Source of the DNA: Fusibacter sp. JL216-2
GTDB taxonomy: Bacteria > Bacillota > Clostridia > Peptostreptococcales > Acidaminobacteraceae
Assembly (NCBI RefSeq): GCF_050596425.1
Contig: NZ_CP192292.1
Coordinates: forward strand, 1,287,987 to 1,351,986
Direction of reading: 5' to 3'
DNA length: 64,000 bases
The notes under the pieces were generated by a model. It did not search any database. It saw only the letters and a list, made by a program, of their open reading frames with translations, and was not told the DNA's origin. The translations under genes were made by a program, and so were the position numbers. Shown piece after piece: positions 48,484 to 58,986 of the stretch. The first letter of the stretch is position 1, and every line of letters starts with the position of its first letter.

Positions 48484-49350
48484 ATGAACAAAATTGACAA
48501 AATGTATATAGATAATATTATCGAAATCATGGAAAATGGCAGCGATGATTTTGATGGAAACGTTCGGCCTGTATATAAGGATGGCACCCCGTCCCATACC
48601 AAATTTATCACCCAGAATTTTGAGAAATACGACATATCAAAGGGGGAGTTTCCCATTGTCAATCTTCGCCGTATAGGGTGGAAGTCCGGCATTAAGGAAA
48701 TATTTTGGATTTATCAAGACCAGTCCAATGAACTGGAAATGCTTAAGGAAAAATATAACATTCACTGGTGGGACGAATGGGCTGTTGGAGATGGGAAGAC
48801 CATTGGCATGCGCTATGGAGCGACTGTAAAGAAATACAACTTAATGAGTGGCCTTCTTGAGGGCATTAAAAATCAACCCTATGGAAGACGCCACGTGATC
48901 AGCCTCTGGCAGGAAAATGACTTCTGTGAGTCAGAGGGCCTTAACCCATGTGCTTTCATGACCATGTGGAGCGTACGCAAGAAAACACAAGCTGATGGTC
49001 AGGTCAAACGCTTTTTAGATATGACCCTTGTCCAGCGGTCGAATGACTACCTCGTGGCGGGACATATCAATAAAATTCAATATGTTGGTCTCATGATGAT
49101 GGTTGCAAAACATTGTGATCTTGAGCCCGGTGTTTTTGCTCACTATACACACAATCTCCATATTTATGACAGGCACTTTGACCAGGCCAAAGAACTTATT
49201 AAACGATTTGAAGAAAATCCTGACCTGCCGCAACCCAAACTGATTTTAGATACGGATAAAACCAACTTTTTTGATTTCACGATTGATGACTTTAAGATGG
49301 TAGACTATGCACCTTTAAAACCCCAATTGAAGTTCGACTTAGGCATATAA
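48484..49350 (+). CDS. thyA: thymidylate synthase
   Basis: ThyA fold, active-site region RRHVISLWQ...LNPCAFMTMWSV. Confidence 0.85.
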   Translation: MNKIDKMYIDNIIEIMENGSDDFDGNVRPVYKDGTPSHTKFITQNFEKYDISKGEFPIVNLRRIGWKSGIKEIFWIYQDQSNELEMLKEKYNIHWWDEWAVGDGKTIGMRYGATVKKYNLMSGLLEGIKNQPYGRRHVISLWQENDFCESEGLNPCAFMTMWSVRKKTQADGQVKRFLDMTLVQRSNDYLVAGHINKIQYVGLMMMVAKHCDLEPGVFAHYTHNLHIYDRHFDQAKELIKRFEENPDLPQPKLILDTDKTNFFDFTIDDFKMVDYAPLKPQLKFDLGI

Positions 49351-49462
49351 GCATAGCCCTTGCAGTTTTATAAGTTCATGTTGACCTTATTTCTTAGAGG
49401 ACATGGATATGCGAACATGAAATTTTGCATAGCGGTCAATGCATAAGCACAAAGGAGGCCTT

Positions 49463-49975
49463 ATGGCAAATATCAATATTATTGTTGCAATTGGACTACA
49501 TAATGAAATAGGTCTATCCAATGCCCTGCTTTGTCATATCAAACCCGACCTTGAGTATTTCAAGAAAACGACAAAGGGTCATATTATGATTATGGGCAGA
49601 AAGACCTTCTTATCCCTGCCAAATGGTCCCCTAAGCGGGCGTGATAACATTATAATCACGCGGCAAAATGATTTTGAGCATGAAGGGGCCCATGTTGCTA
49701 GAAGCATTGAGGAAAGCCTTGAAATCGCAAAAAAACTTAATCCTGATGAGGATAAAGAAATTTTCATTATTGGCGGTGGAAGCATTTATGAGCAGTTTAT
49801 GCCCCTGGCCGACAAGCTTTATATAACACATATCTTTCAGGATTTTGAAGCCAGCGTCTACTTTCCTAAAATATCTCAGACGTGGGAAGTGGAACAGGTT
49901 ATTGCCAAGCGGGAAAATATCGAGCACATGCATCCACATGTGTTTACAATTTATAAAAAAAAAGAAGGCAAGTAA
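49463..49975 (+). CDS. folA: dihydrofolate reductase
   Basis: AGGAGG RBS. MANINIIVAIG...GRKTFLSLP...IIGGGSIY DHFR motifs. Follows thyA. Confidence 0.85.
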   Translation: MANINIIVAIGLHNEIGLSNALLCHIKPDLEYFKKTTKGHIMIMGRKTFLSLPNGPLSGRDNIIITRQNDFEHEGAHVARSIEESLEIAKKLNPDEDKEIFIIGGGSIYEQFMPLADKLYITHIFQDFEASVYFPKISQTWEVEQVIAKRENIEHMHPHVFTIYKKKEGK

Positions 49976-49993
49976 AAGCAAATATATGCAAAT

Positions 49994-50053
49994 AATAGGC
50001 GCTGGATTCAAATATAGTTTATCTGTATTTGAGTCCAGCGCCTATTTGTTTTG
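49994..50053. terminator. bidirectional terminator between folA (+) and the EF-G paralog (-)
   Basis: TAGGCGCTGGATTCAAATA...TATTTGAGTCCAGCGCCTA followed by TTTGTTTT. Confidence 0.8.
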
Positions 50054-50081
50054 CAAGAACGTGACATGTTTTCTAAGAAAA

Positions 50082-52118
50082 TTAGCCCTCAACCTGCTTA
50101 AAATGATCGAACATCATGGAATAATGGGCCCGCCCCTGGGACTTAGACCGGAGGTCCGTTGCATACCCAAAGAGCCTTGAAAGGGGCACTTGAGCTTTTA
50201 TAAGCTGTCCTCCAGCAACCAGTTCCATACCTTCTAAGACACCGCCTCTTGCATTAATGTCGCTCACCACATCACCTACATAATCCTCTGGAGCGTTAAC
50301 TTCCACTTTGAAGATAGGTTCAAGAAGTATGGATGCCCCCTTTTCCAGGGCTTCTTTTATGGCCATAGAGGCCGCGGTGAGAAAAGCCACTTCCGTGGAA
50401 TCCTCATCGTCAAATGCGCCGTCATAAAGATCGACATTGACATCCACAACTTCATATCCGCCAATGATACCACTGTCAAGAGCTTGTTTAAAACCTGCCA
50501 TGGCAGCGTCAATAAAATGTTTTGGAAGGGTATTCTTTTTTATGGAAGTTGTGAAAGTATGACCAGCGCCTCGTTCATTTGGGCTGACCCTGACCTTAAC
50601 ACGGGCGAACATATCCAGCCCCATGTTTTCTTTGGAAACTCTGCTTTCTATATCAACGGTTTTAGAAATGGTCTCCTTATAAGACACTTGTGGCTTGCCA
50701 ACGTTGGCTTCCACGTGGTGTTCCTTAATCATCCTATCCAGTATGACTTCAAGATGGAGTTCCCCCATGCCTGAAATAATGGTTTGTCCCGTATCGGGAT
50801 GAATGTAGGTCTTGAAAGTTGGATCTTCCTCAGCCAGTTTGCTTAGAGCATCAGTGAGCTTGACCTCATCACCGGGGCTTTTAGGTTCGACGGCAACGGA
50901 TATAACCGGGATGGGAAATTCCATTGATTCCAAAATGATCTGTGCATTTTGATCACTCAGGGTATCCCCTGTGGTGGTTTGCTTTAATCCAATAACAGCC
51001 GCGATGTCGCCTGCATGGATGGCTTCAATCTCCTTGCGTTTATCGGCATGCATTTGAAGGATTCGGCTGACACGTTCCTTTTTTCCCTTGGTGGCATTAT
51101 ATACACTTCCACCTGTTTTGAGTGAGCCTGAATATACCCGCAAATATGTTAACCGCCCTACATAGGGGTCAGACATAATCTTAAAAACAAGGGCAGAAAA
51201 TGGTTCGTCATCATCAGCATGTCTCTTGTCATCTTGACCGGAAGGCTGGTGTCCTTGTATGGGTGGCACGTCAAGAGGCGAAGGTAAAAAGTCTACAACG
51301 CTATCAAGTAAAGCCTGAACCCCCTTATTCCTATATGCCGCACCACACAGAACAGGCACAATAGCACCTGAAATCGTGGCTTTTCTAAGAACGGTAATAA
51401 GAGTGTCTTTTTTTATGTTTTCGCCTTCAAGATACTGCATCATAAGGGCATCGTCATATTCGGAAAGTGTTTCAACAAGGTGAATACGCCATTTTCTGGC
51501 TTGGTCTTCAAGGGACTGTGGAATGGCTGTCAGTTTAACTTTCTCACCAGCCTTGCCCTCATTGAAGATGGCTTTCATATCAAGAAGGGAAATCACCCCT
51601 TCAAAATCGTTTTCGGCACCTATAGGAATTTGAATGGGCACAGGGTTGGCGCCCAGTTTGTCTTCGATCATGTCAACAGACCTGTGAAAATCTGCCCCGA
51701 TAATGTCCATTTTATTGACAAAAACAATACGGGGGACATGGTAATGGTCGGCCTGGCGCCAAACAGCCTCCGTTTGGGGTTCAACCCCGCCCTTGGCATC
51801 AAGAAGAACCACAGCACCATCAAGAATACGAAGGGACCGCTCAACTTCCACTGTGAAATCCACATGTCCTGGTGTATCAATAATGTTGATTCGATTGTCC
51901 TTCCAGTGGCAGGTGGTTGCTGCAGAGGTAATGGTGATCCCTCTGGCTTGTTCCTGTTCCATCCAGTCCATCACAGTGGATCCTTCGTGGACATTCCCAA
52001 TTTTATGGGTGAGGCCAGTATAGAATAAAATGCGCTCAGTTGTCGTGGTTTTTCCTGCATCGATATGAGCCATGATGCCAATGTTTCTGGTTTTATCAAG
52101 TGGGTGTGTTCTGCTCAT
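50082..52118 (-). CDS. elongation factor G paralog (stand-alone, not in an rpsL-rpsG-fusA-tuf context)
   Basis: Canonical EF-G G domain ([21 protein letters not shown]) and domains II-V. Start at ATG behind AAGGAGA. Confidence 0.85.
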   Translation of the reverse strand: MSRTHPLDKTRNIGIMAHIDAGKTTTTERILFYTGLTHKIGNVHEGSTVMDWMEQEQARGITITSAATTCHWKDNRINIIDTPGHVDFTVEVERSLRILDGAVVLLDAKGGVEPQTEAVWRQADHYHVPRIVFVNKMDIIGADFHRSVDMIEDKLGANPVPIQIPIGAENDFEGVISLLDMKAIFNEGKAGEKVKLTAIPQSLEDQARKWRIHLVETLSEYDDALMMQYLEGENIKKDTLITVLRKATISGAIVPVLCGAAYRNKGVQALLDSVVDFLPSPLDVPPIQGHQPSGQDDKRHADDDEPFSALVFKIMSDPYVGRLTYLRVYSGSLKTGGSVYNATKGKKERVSRILQMHADKRKEIEAIHAGDIAAVIGLKQTTTGDTLSDQNAQIILESMEFPIPVISVAVEPKSPGDEVKLTDALSKLAEEDPTFKTYIHPDTGQTIISGMGELHLEVILDRMIKEHHVEANVGKPQVSYKETISKTVDIESRVSKENMGLDMFARVKVRVSPNERGAGHTFTTSIKKNTLPKHFIDAAMAGFKQALDSGIIGGYEVVDVNVDLYDGAFDDEDSTEVAFLTAASMAIKEALEKGASILLEPIFKVEVNAPEDYVGDVVSDINARGGVLEGMELVAGGQLIKAQVPLSRLFGYATDLRSKSQGRAHYSMMFDHFKQVEG

Positions 52119-52378
52119 ATTTTGTCTCCTTCTAGTCATATTTTTAATATTTTGGTTTTCGGACTTTCACCGTATCATTGTCTCTTTTACCCAGTTTTGG
52201 ATACACTTATCGTAGGTGCGAAGATTTTGACCAATTTGTAAGAGCTCTAGGGCCTGAGTGGGGTCTCAAAAAGGTCATCAGATGGTATGATAGAGGAGGC
52301 GATAAGAAATGTAAGCCAATAAGTTTTCAGAGCATTATAAAGGCACATGGTCTGGTTTTAAGAAGTGGGTGAGGGTTT

Positions 52379-53629
52379 ATGGAAGATGCACTAAATCATA
52401 CACAAGACAATAGAATGGACAATATAAGCCTGGAAGAGGGGCTTTTTAGAATCATACAAGCGACTGAACCCATAAAAGACATGGAAGAAGTGGATTTGCT
52501 GGATGGACTGGGACGTATATGTTTTGAAGATGTTTATACCACAATGAATCAGCCCCCCTTTGACAGGTCTCCTCTTGATGGCTACGCCCTAAAAGCAATA
52601 GATTCTATGGGCGCCAGTGAAGACAACCCCATAGAACTAGAGGTTATAGATAGCGTGTTTGCAGGGGATTATAAAAAGATCTCGGTTGACAAAGGTCAAG
52701 CGGTGCGTATTATGACCGGTGCCCCTATCCCCAGTGACTGTGACGCGGTGATTCGTCAAGAGGACACAGACTATGGCGAAAAAAAGGTAAAACTATATAA
52801 ATCTCTTAATGCCCATCAGAATTATTGTTTTTCAGGAGAAGACTATAGGGCAGGAGAAAAAATTGTAGAAAAAAGCTCAATACTTACAGCGGATCGTATT
52901 GGTATAATAGCAAGTGCGGGGGTAAGTCGGCTTCGCGTGAAAAGACAACTAAGGGTTGGGCTTCTCACAACAGGCGCAGAACTTGTCATGCCTGGCGATA
53001 ATAGACCAAGTGGAAAAATATACAACAGTGGCTTTTTCACACTGGCTTGCCGACTCAAGGAAATGGGTTGCCAGGTCATTCCCTTTCAATCAAAAGGGGA
53101 CGACCTTGCAAAAACCTGTCGGTCTATTGAGACAGACATTTCTAGGGTTGATGTTTTAGTAACAACGGGTGGTGTATCTGTTGGACAAAAGGATATTATC
53201 CATCCTCTTATACAAAAACTAGGGGCAAAAAAATTGTTTTGGAAACTCAAACTAAAACCTGGCTCCCCGGTTTTGGTAAGTCTATACAAAGGCAAGCCTA
53301 TTATAAGCTTGTCGGGCAATCCTATGGCTGCAGGCGTTACCTTCGAACTCGTTTTCAACCCCTATTATGCCCATGTTATGGGGTGTCAGGCTCTTATGCA
53401 TGAAAAAAAAGAGGCTGTGCTTGTTGGGACATATGATAAAAAGAGTCCTGTGCGAAGGTTTATTAAAGCCTACAGTGCAGTCGACAAAGTCTACTTAAGC
53501 CGTAGACAAATTGCTTCAGGAAATATATTGTCATCAAAAGATGCCAATTGTCTTATAGATGTCCCTAGTGGCTGTAATGGCCTCAAGGACGGGGACAAAG
53601 TGTCAATTATTCAGTATAGGAGGCCATAA
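52379..53629 (+). CDS. moeA: molybdopterin molybdotransferase
   Basis: MoeA N- and C-domains and the GGVSVGQKD motif. Confidence 0.85.
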   Translation: MEDALNHTQDNRMDNISLEEGLFRIIQATEPIKDMEEVDLLDGLGRICFEDVYTTMNQPPFDRSPLDGYALKAIDSMGASEDNPIELEVIDSVFAGDYKKISVDKGQAVRIMTGAPIPSDCDAVIRQEDTDYGEKKVKLYKSLNAHQNYCFSGEDYRAGEKIVEKSSILTADRIGIIASAGVSRLRVKRQLRVGLLTTGAELVMPGDNRPSGKIYNSGFFTLACRLKEMGCQVIPFQSKGDDLAKTCRSIETDISRVDVLVTTGGVSVGQKDIIHPLIQKLGAKKLFWKLKLKPGSPVLVSLYKGKPIISLSGNPMAAGVTFELVFNPYYAHVMGCQALMHEKKEAVLVGTYDKKSPVRRFIKAYSAVDKVYLSRRQIASGNILSSKDANCLIDVPSGCNGLKDGDKVSIIQYRRP

Positions 53630-54105
53630 TGTCAGGAGAATTTACACACTTTGATGAAAAGGGAAATGCTGTGATGGTAGATGTTTCAAGCAAAGATGAC
53701 AGTATACGTACAGCTTTAGCAAAGGCATCGGTGCTTATGTCAGAGACCTGTTTTACAGCACTGAAAAATGGTCAGGTGACCAAAGGCGATGTTCTGGGCG
53801 TGGCCCGGGTGGCTGGCATAATGGCTGCAAAAAAAACATCGGACATTATCCCCATGTGCCATCCTCTGATGCTGACAAAGTGTACTGTCGACTTTCAACT
53901 GAAAGACAACAAGGTTTATATAGAAGCCTTTGTTAAGACCACAGGGAAAACGGGTGTTGAGATGGAAGCTTTGACAGCCGCATCTTCAGCAGCTCTGACT
54001 ATATATGATATGTGTAAGGCTATAGATAAAAAAATGATTATTGAAAATATATACTTGGCAGAGAAAACGGGTGGTAAGAGTGGGAAATTCGTTCATAAAC
54101 CTTAA
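53629..54105 (+). CDS. moaC: cyclic pyranopterin monophosphate synthase accessory protein
   Basis: MoaC family sequence (IIPMCHPLMLT...). Confidence 0.9.
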   Translation: MSGEFTHFDEKGNAVMVDVSSKDDSIRTALAKASVLMSETCFTALKNGQVTKGDVLGVARVAGIMAAKKTSDIIPMCHPLMLTKCTVDFQLKDNKVYIEAFVKTTGKTGVEMEALTAASSAALTIYDMCKAIDKKMIIENIYLAEKTGGKSGKFVHKP

Positions 54106-54883
54106 ACGTGTTACAACAATTTTTTATGCCCTATGTACAGTGTTTATAGCCCTGCCTCTTGTGAGTTTAGTGGTTTCAAGAACACAAGCTTCTGTGCTTA
54201 TGGGAAACCATGTCCTGGCGGATGCCATAGGGGTGAGCCTTAAAACATCTTCAGCAATGCTGTTCATAACGCTGGTCATTGGCACGCCAGCGGCATATGC
54301 CTATGCGAGAAATCAGTTCAAAGGTAAAAAAGTTTTAAATGTGGTGTTAGATCTGCCTTTAATTCTGCCTCCTGCTGTGGCTGGTTTACTCCTACTCATG
54401 ACCTTTGGTCGCAGGGGATGGATTGGCGGTTTACTCAGTTATATGGACATTCAGCTTCCCTTTACCATGGCTGCAGTTGTTATGGCACAATTGTTTGTGG
54501 GTCTGCCAATATATATCAAAACAGCAGCGCAGGGGTTTATGGGAGTCGATGAAAGGTTGGAGCTCACAGCCATGACCCTGGGAGATTCAAGGCTAAAGGC
54601 CTTTTTGAGAATCACCCTCCCCCTTGCCTCGAGCAGTATTTTAACAGGGGCTATTATGGCATGGGCAAGGGGCTTGGCAGAGTTTGGAGCCACAATTATG
54701 TTTGCAGGGAATCTGCAAGGTCTTACCCAGACCTTGCCCCTGGCCATATACTCCGCTATGGAGACAGACACGGGGGTAGCCTTGGGGATTGCCCAGGTCA
54801 TGGTAGTCGTATCCATGATCCTTCTAGTGACAGTCCATATTATTGACAAAGGCAGGCGAGATCATGTTAAAATGTCAGATTGA
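54071..54883 (+). CDS. modB: molybdate ABC transporter permease
   Basis: ModB/CysTW-type permease with EAA loop. Start uncertain: GTG at 54071 or 54080, or TTG at 54041; all overlap the moaC 3' end. Confidence 0.7.
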   Translation: MVRVGNSFINLKRVTTIFYALCTVFIALPLVSLVVSRTQASVLMGNHVLADAIGVSLKTSSAMLFITLVIGTPAAYAYARNQFKGKKVLNVVLDLPLILPPAVAGLLLLMTFGRRGWIGGLLSYMDIQLPFTMAAVVMAQLFVGLPIYIKTAAQGFMGVDERLELTAMTLGDSRLKAFLRITLPLASSSILTGAIMAWARGLAEFGATIMFAGNLQGLTQTLPLAIYSAMETDTGVALGIAQVMVVVSMILLVTVHIIDKGRRDHVKMSD

Positions 54884-54901
54884 AAAAAAATAGGTCCCGT
54901 C

Positions 54902-56104
54902 ATGATTGACTGTAACCTTGAAGTGCAAAAAAATAGATTGCTTTGTGTTTTGGGTCCATCTGGGTGTGGAAAGACCAGTTTGCTTAATTTGCTTGCGGGA
55001 TTTAAAGAGCCTGAACAAGGGGAAATATCTCTTGATGGTGTGGTCTTGTATGACGGAGAAAATGCAATCAACCAATCTATTAACAAGCGGGGGATTGGAT
55101 ACATCCAGCAAGAGGCCTACCTTTTCCCTCATTTGAGTGTAAAAGAAAACATGCTGTATAGCATTCCTAAAAAAGACAGGACCAAGTATGAGCAAAGATA
55201 CCGCCAGTTTATAGACATGTTCAATTTGAAGGGGCATGAAAATGAAAGACCGGGTGTCTTGTCTGGGGGACAAAAACAGAGAGTGGCCATTGGTCGAGCC
55301 CTTATGATGTCTCCAAAACTCCTGCTTTGGGATGAACCCTTCAGCGCCCTGGATCATAAGATCAGAAAAGAGATGCAGGATCTGGTTCTTGCGGTTAAAA
55401 AAAACCTAGGCATTCCCATGATCTTTGTCACCCATGATCTTGAAGAAGCCTTTGTACTCGCAGATGATTTAGCTGTCATGGAGGACGGAAAAATCCTTCA
55501 GTATGGTGAAAAAGACCATGTTTTGAAGGCGCCTGTTTCAGGCAAGGTCAAGGGTCTTATTGGAAAAAATACAAAAAAATCACCCTTTATTTTAGGTGTA
55601 TCAGGATACTCCAACTCTGGCAAGACAAGACTGATGGAACACTTGATCAGTGGCCTTAAAAAAGCGGGATATAAGGTGGGAACGATCAAGCACCATGCTG
55701 GAGACTTTGAAATTGACACACCTGGCAAGGACTCCTACAAGCACAGAAAGGCTGGATCAGACCGAGTTATACTGGCATCAAATGATAAGTGCGTGAGTAT
55801 TCGTGAGCGCTCTATAAGAGACTCAAATGATACCATCCAGTTGAGCGATCTTATTGAGGAACATTCTGACATGGATGTGATTCTTTTTGAAGGCTATAAA
55901 AGATCTCCTTACAGAAAAATTGAGGTGGTAGGTCAAGAACAAGGTCAAGAGCTTGCCTGTGATCCCAAAACGCTCGTTGGTATAGTCTGTGATCAAGGTC
56001 TGAATGTAAAACCTAACAGCCTCCCACAGTTTAAAACAGATGCTTATGACAAGATTCTTGACTTTGTGATACGCCAGGTAAAGGAGCATGAATGTGAAAG
56101 ATAG
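54902..56104 (+). CDS. modC: molybdate ABC transporter ATP-binding protein fused to MobB (molybdopterin-guanine dinucleotide biosynthesis adapter) domain
   Basis: N-terminal ABC ATPase (GPSGCGKTS, LSGGQKQRVAIGRAL). C-terminal MobB P-loop GVSGYSNSGKT...GTIKHH replaces the usual TOBE/MOP domain. Confidence 0.8.
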   Translation: MIDCNLEVQKNRLLCVLGPSGCGKTSLLNLLAGFKEPEQGEISLDGVVLYDGENAINQSINKRGIGYIQQEAYLFPHLSVKENMLYSIPKKDRTKYEQRYRQFIDMFNLKGHENERPGVLSGGQKQRVAIGRALMMSPKLLLWDEPFSALDHKIRKEMQDLVLAVKKNLGIPMIFVTHDLEEAFVLADDLAVMEDGKILQYGEKDHVLKAPVSGKVKGLIGKNTKKSPFILGVSGYSNSGKTRLMEHLISGLKKAGYKVGTIKHHAGDFEIDTPGKDSYKHRKAGSDRVILASNDKCVSIRERSIRDSNDTIQLSDLIEEHSDMDVILFEGYKRSPYRKIEVVGQEQGQELACDPKTLVGIVCDQGLNVKPNSLPQFKTDAYDKILDFVIRQVKEHECER

Positions 56105-57065
56105 CAAGGGACGCAGTATAGATTATCTCAGAATTTCAGTCACCGATAGGTGTAATCTAAGGTGTATATACTGTATGCCAGAAGAAGGGGAAACATATAG
56201 CCTTAAAGAGGACCTTCTCACTTATGAAGAGATAATGGAAGTTGTAAATGTTGCCGCTGAACTCGGTGTGAAAAAAATAAGGCTAACAGGTGGGGAACCT
56301 CTTGTAAGAGAGGGACTTTGTCGACTTATCAAGCAAATAAGGCAAGTTGAGGGCATTGAAGAAGTTTCTATGACGACCAATGGCCTGCTTCTTTATGAGA
56401 TGATAGATGATTTGCAAAAGGCAGGCTTGAACCGGGTCAATTTGAGCCTTGATAGTCTGAAAGATAATGTATTTGAAACCATTGTTAAAAAAGCCAACCT
56501 CCATCATGTTATGAAGGGGCTCAAACGGACACTGGAACTTGGTTTAAAAGTAAGGATCAATGTGGTTCTTCTTCAAGGCATTAATGATAGCGAAAGCCTT
56601 GATTTTGTTGAACTTGTAAAGACATATCCTGTTGATGTGCGGTTTATTGAACTCATGCCCATCGGGAGGGGCAGACTGTATAAAGGGGTTAGCAACACTC
56701 TTCTTATAAAGAAAATTAAGACAGCAGGCTATAACTTAAGTGAAATAGCCCATGATTCGGGCAGTGGGCCCGCCCGCTACTTTGAGTTAGAAGGGGGTCT
56801 GGGCAATCTTGGTTTTATCAGCCCAATGAGTCATCAGTTTTGTGATTCTTGCAACAGGATCAGGCTGACTTCAGAGGGATTTTTAAAACTATGCCTTCAT
56901 TCCGGACATGGTGTGGATCTTAAAAAGCCCCTTCGGGATAAAGTGGCACGGTCTGATTTGAAGGCCTTGATAGGGGCGTCCATAGCATCTAAACCAAAAC
57001 ACCACCAGTTTGGAAAAGCATCAGCTGACGAAGACGATAGACATATGAATCAAATAGGAGGCTAA
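56088..57065 (+). CDS. moaA: GTP 3',8-cyclase (radical SAM)
   Basis: CNLRCIYC cluster motif; MoaA C-terminal domain. Confidence 0.9.
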   Translation: MNVKDSKGRSIDYLRISVTDRCNLRCIYCMPEEGETYSLKEDLLTYEEIMEVVNVAAELGVKKIRLTGGEPLVREGLCRLIKQIRQVEGIEEVSMTTNGLLLYEMIDDLQKAGLNRVNLSLDSLKDNVFETIVKKANLHHVMKGLKRTLELGLKVRINVVLLQGINDSESLDFVELVKTYPVDVRFIELMPIGRGRLYKGVSNTLLIKKIKTAGYNLSEIAHDSGSGPARYFELEGGLGNLGFISPMSHQFCDSCNRIRLTSEGFLKLCLHSGHGVDLKKPLRDKVARSDLKALIGASIASKPKHHQFGKASADEDDRHMNQIGG

Positions 57066-57066
57066 A

Positions 57067-57501
57067 ATGGCTAAGATTATTGCGGTTTGTACCAGTGAAA
57101 ATAAGGGCACTCAGAAAACACCCCAGGCGTTTATTGATCTTATTGTTGATCATGGCATTAAGGGCGATGCCCACGCGGGCAATTGGCATAGACAGGTAAG
57201 TTTATTGTCCTTTGAAAAAATTGAAGCCTTTAAAGCCAAGGGGATTGATCTGGAAAATGGGGCATTTGGTGAAAATATCATTGTAGCAGGCATTGACCTG
57301 TCTGACCTTCCGGTGGGAACCATTCTAAAAGCGGGGACGGTTACCATGGAGGTCACACAAATAGGAAAGGCCTGCCACCAGCACTGTGCCATATACCATA
57401 AAGTTGGGGACTGCATTATGCCCCGTGAGGGCATCTTTGCCAAGGTTATAGCTGCGGGACGTCTAAAAGCGGGAGATGAAATCTATGTTGAGGCCAAATA
57501 G
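57067..57501 (+). CDS. MOSC domain-containing protein
   Basis: MOSC beta-barrel sequence with a conserved Cys (IGKACHQHC). Confidence 0.7.
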   Translation: MAKIIAVCTSENKGTQKTPQAFIDLIVDHGIKGDAHAGNWHRQVSLLSFEKIEAFKAKGIDLENGAFGENIIVAGIDLSDLPVGTILKAGTVTMEVTQIGKACHQHCAIYHKVGDCIMPREGIFAKVIAAGRLKAGDEIYVEAK

Positions 57502-58288
57502 GAAAAAGAGAGTCTGGGGATTTGTCTTGGTTCTAAGCGCACTCATGTTGTCAGCTTGTTATAATGATGGTTCTTCTGAGGGGGACAAGGACATTATTAG
57601 GGTGTTTGCTGCATCATCCATGACAAACGCCATGCAAGACATGAAGGCCGGGTTTGAAACGGAATATCCGAATAAAGACATTCAACTAAATTTCGCCGGG
57701 TCAAAAACCCTGCGCAGCCAAATAGAAAATGGTGCCCAGGCAGATATCTTTATTTCTGCAAATGGTAGCCATTATGAGGCCCTTAATCAACTTAATATGA
57801 TACATGAGGGTCGGGCCCTGCTTGAAAACAAGTTGGTCCTTATTGTTTATAGTGGGTCAGAAGTCAACATTGAAAGTTTGGATGATTTGACCCAAAGTTG
57901 TCAGATTGTATTGGCTCAAGAAGGCGTGCCTGCTGGAAACTACGCCCGGGAAATCTTGAAGAAATATGGCGAGGCAAATTCGGCAGATTATCAAGAAAGA
58001 GTGCTTTTAAACCTCGTTTCTGAGGAATCCAATGTCCGTCAGGTTCTGATGAAGGTGGCCATGGGAGAAGCAGACGCAGCTCTTGTGTATAAAACAGACG
58101 TTACGGAGAATGTCAAAGATAGCCTTCGTGTGATTGATATTCCTGAAATGTACAATGTTACAGGAACCTACTATATGGGCATCTTAAAGGGCGCTGACGA
58201 CGGAGCACGTGTCCTGTATGACTATGTTTTGTCTGAGCGTGGGGATGAAATTCTAGAAAGTTATGGATTTGCTCCAATAAAGGAGTGA
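57476..58288 (+). CDS. modA: molybdate ABC transporter substrate-binding lipoprotein
   Basis: Lipobox LSACYN and ModA-like motifs (VFAASS...ADIFISAN). Confidence 0.75.
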   Translation: MKSMLRPNRKKRVWGFVLVLSALMLSACYNDGSSEGDKDIIRVFAASSMTNAMQDMKAGFETEYPNKDIQLNFAGSKTLRSQIENGAQADIFISANGSHYEALNQLNMIHEGRALLENKLVLIVYSGSEVNIESLDDLTQSCQIVLAQEGVPAGNYAREILKKYGEANSADYQERVLLNLVSEESNVRQVLMKVAMGEADAALVYKTDVTENVKDSLRVIDIPEMYNVTGTYYMGILKGADDGARVLYDYVLSERGDEILESYGFAPIKE

Positions 58289-58293
58289 GTTTC

Positions 58294-58971
58294 GTGAAGC
58301 TTAATGACAGGTGGTTGGGCAGTGAAGGATGTGATGGTTTGATAAAAGCGACGGGAATTATTCTGACTGGAGGACGGGGGCGACGTCTTAATGATAGGGA
58401 CAAGGCCCTTATAAACTATAAGAATATGCCCTTTCTTTTTCATGTTCTTGAAGCCCTGAGGGGGTTTGAAGAAATTATCATTGTCACATCAGAAAGAAAC
58501 TATGAAAGCCACCTAAACAGTATAGAAGCTTGGAAAAGAGGTCACTCTTCTTATATAAAGGGAAGGCAAAACATTGAGGTTGTAAAAGACATAATACCTG
58601 AAAGTGGACCAGTCGGTGGAATATACACAGGCCTCTTCACTGCCATGTATGACAGAGTTTGTATTCTTTCTGTTGATACCCCCATGGTGACACAAAGCTT
58701 GGTTCGTTATCTTATTGATGTGGACAGCGGTAATGGCAAATCTGTTACACTGCCCTGCGCAGATGGAAAGGTTCATCCGCTGATTGGAGTTTATTCCAAA
58801 TCACTGCATGGCGATTTTAAGAAAGCTCTAGACTCCAGACAGCTTAAACTCATGAGGGTGATAGAAAATTTCCATCTAGACCTTATAAGACAAGAAGATC
58901 TGATGGAAAAAGGATTTTCAACTAAAATATTTGCCAATATCAACACCCAAAATGACCTCGATCGCATCTAG
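58294..58971 (+). CDS. mobA: molybdenum cofactor guanylyltransferase
   Basis: GIILTGGRGRRL nucleotide-binding motif. GTG start 8 nt after AGGAG. Confidence 0.75.
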   Translation: MKLNDRWLGSEGCDGLIKATGIILTGGRGRRLNDRDKALINYKNMPFLFHVLEALRGFEEIIIVTSERNYESHLNSIEAWKRGHSSYIKGRQNIEVVKDIIPESGPVGGIYTGLFTAMYDRVCILSVDTPMVTQSLVRYLIDVDSGNGKSVTLPCADGKVHPLIGVYSKSLHGDFKKALDSRQLKLMRVIENFHLDLIRQEDLMEKGFSTKIFANINTQNDLDRI

Positions 58972-58982
58972 GTCATTTTTTT
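58948..58982 (+). terminator. intrinsic terminator overlapping the mobA stop codon
   Basis: AATGACCT...AGGTCATT followed by TTTTTTT. Confidence 0.6.
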
Positions 58983-58986
58983 ATAT

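Noticed and set aside
47429-49975. Prophage / mobile element call for the Panacea-thyA-folA block
   Set aside because: No integrase, terminase, capsid or att-like repeats are present in the window. thyA-folA is also a normal chromosomal operon in Firmicutes.
52178-52372. 64-aa ORF in the moeA leader
   Set aside because: No RBS, atypical composition, and it lies in a region more plausibly acting as a regulatory 5'-UTR.
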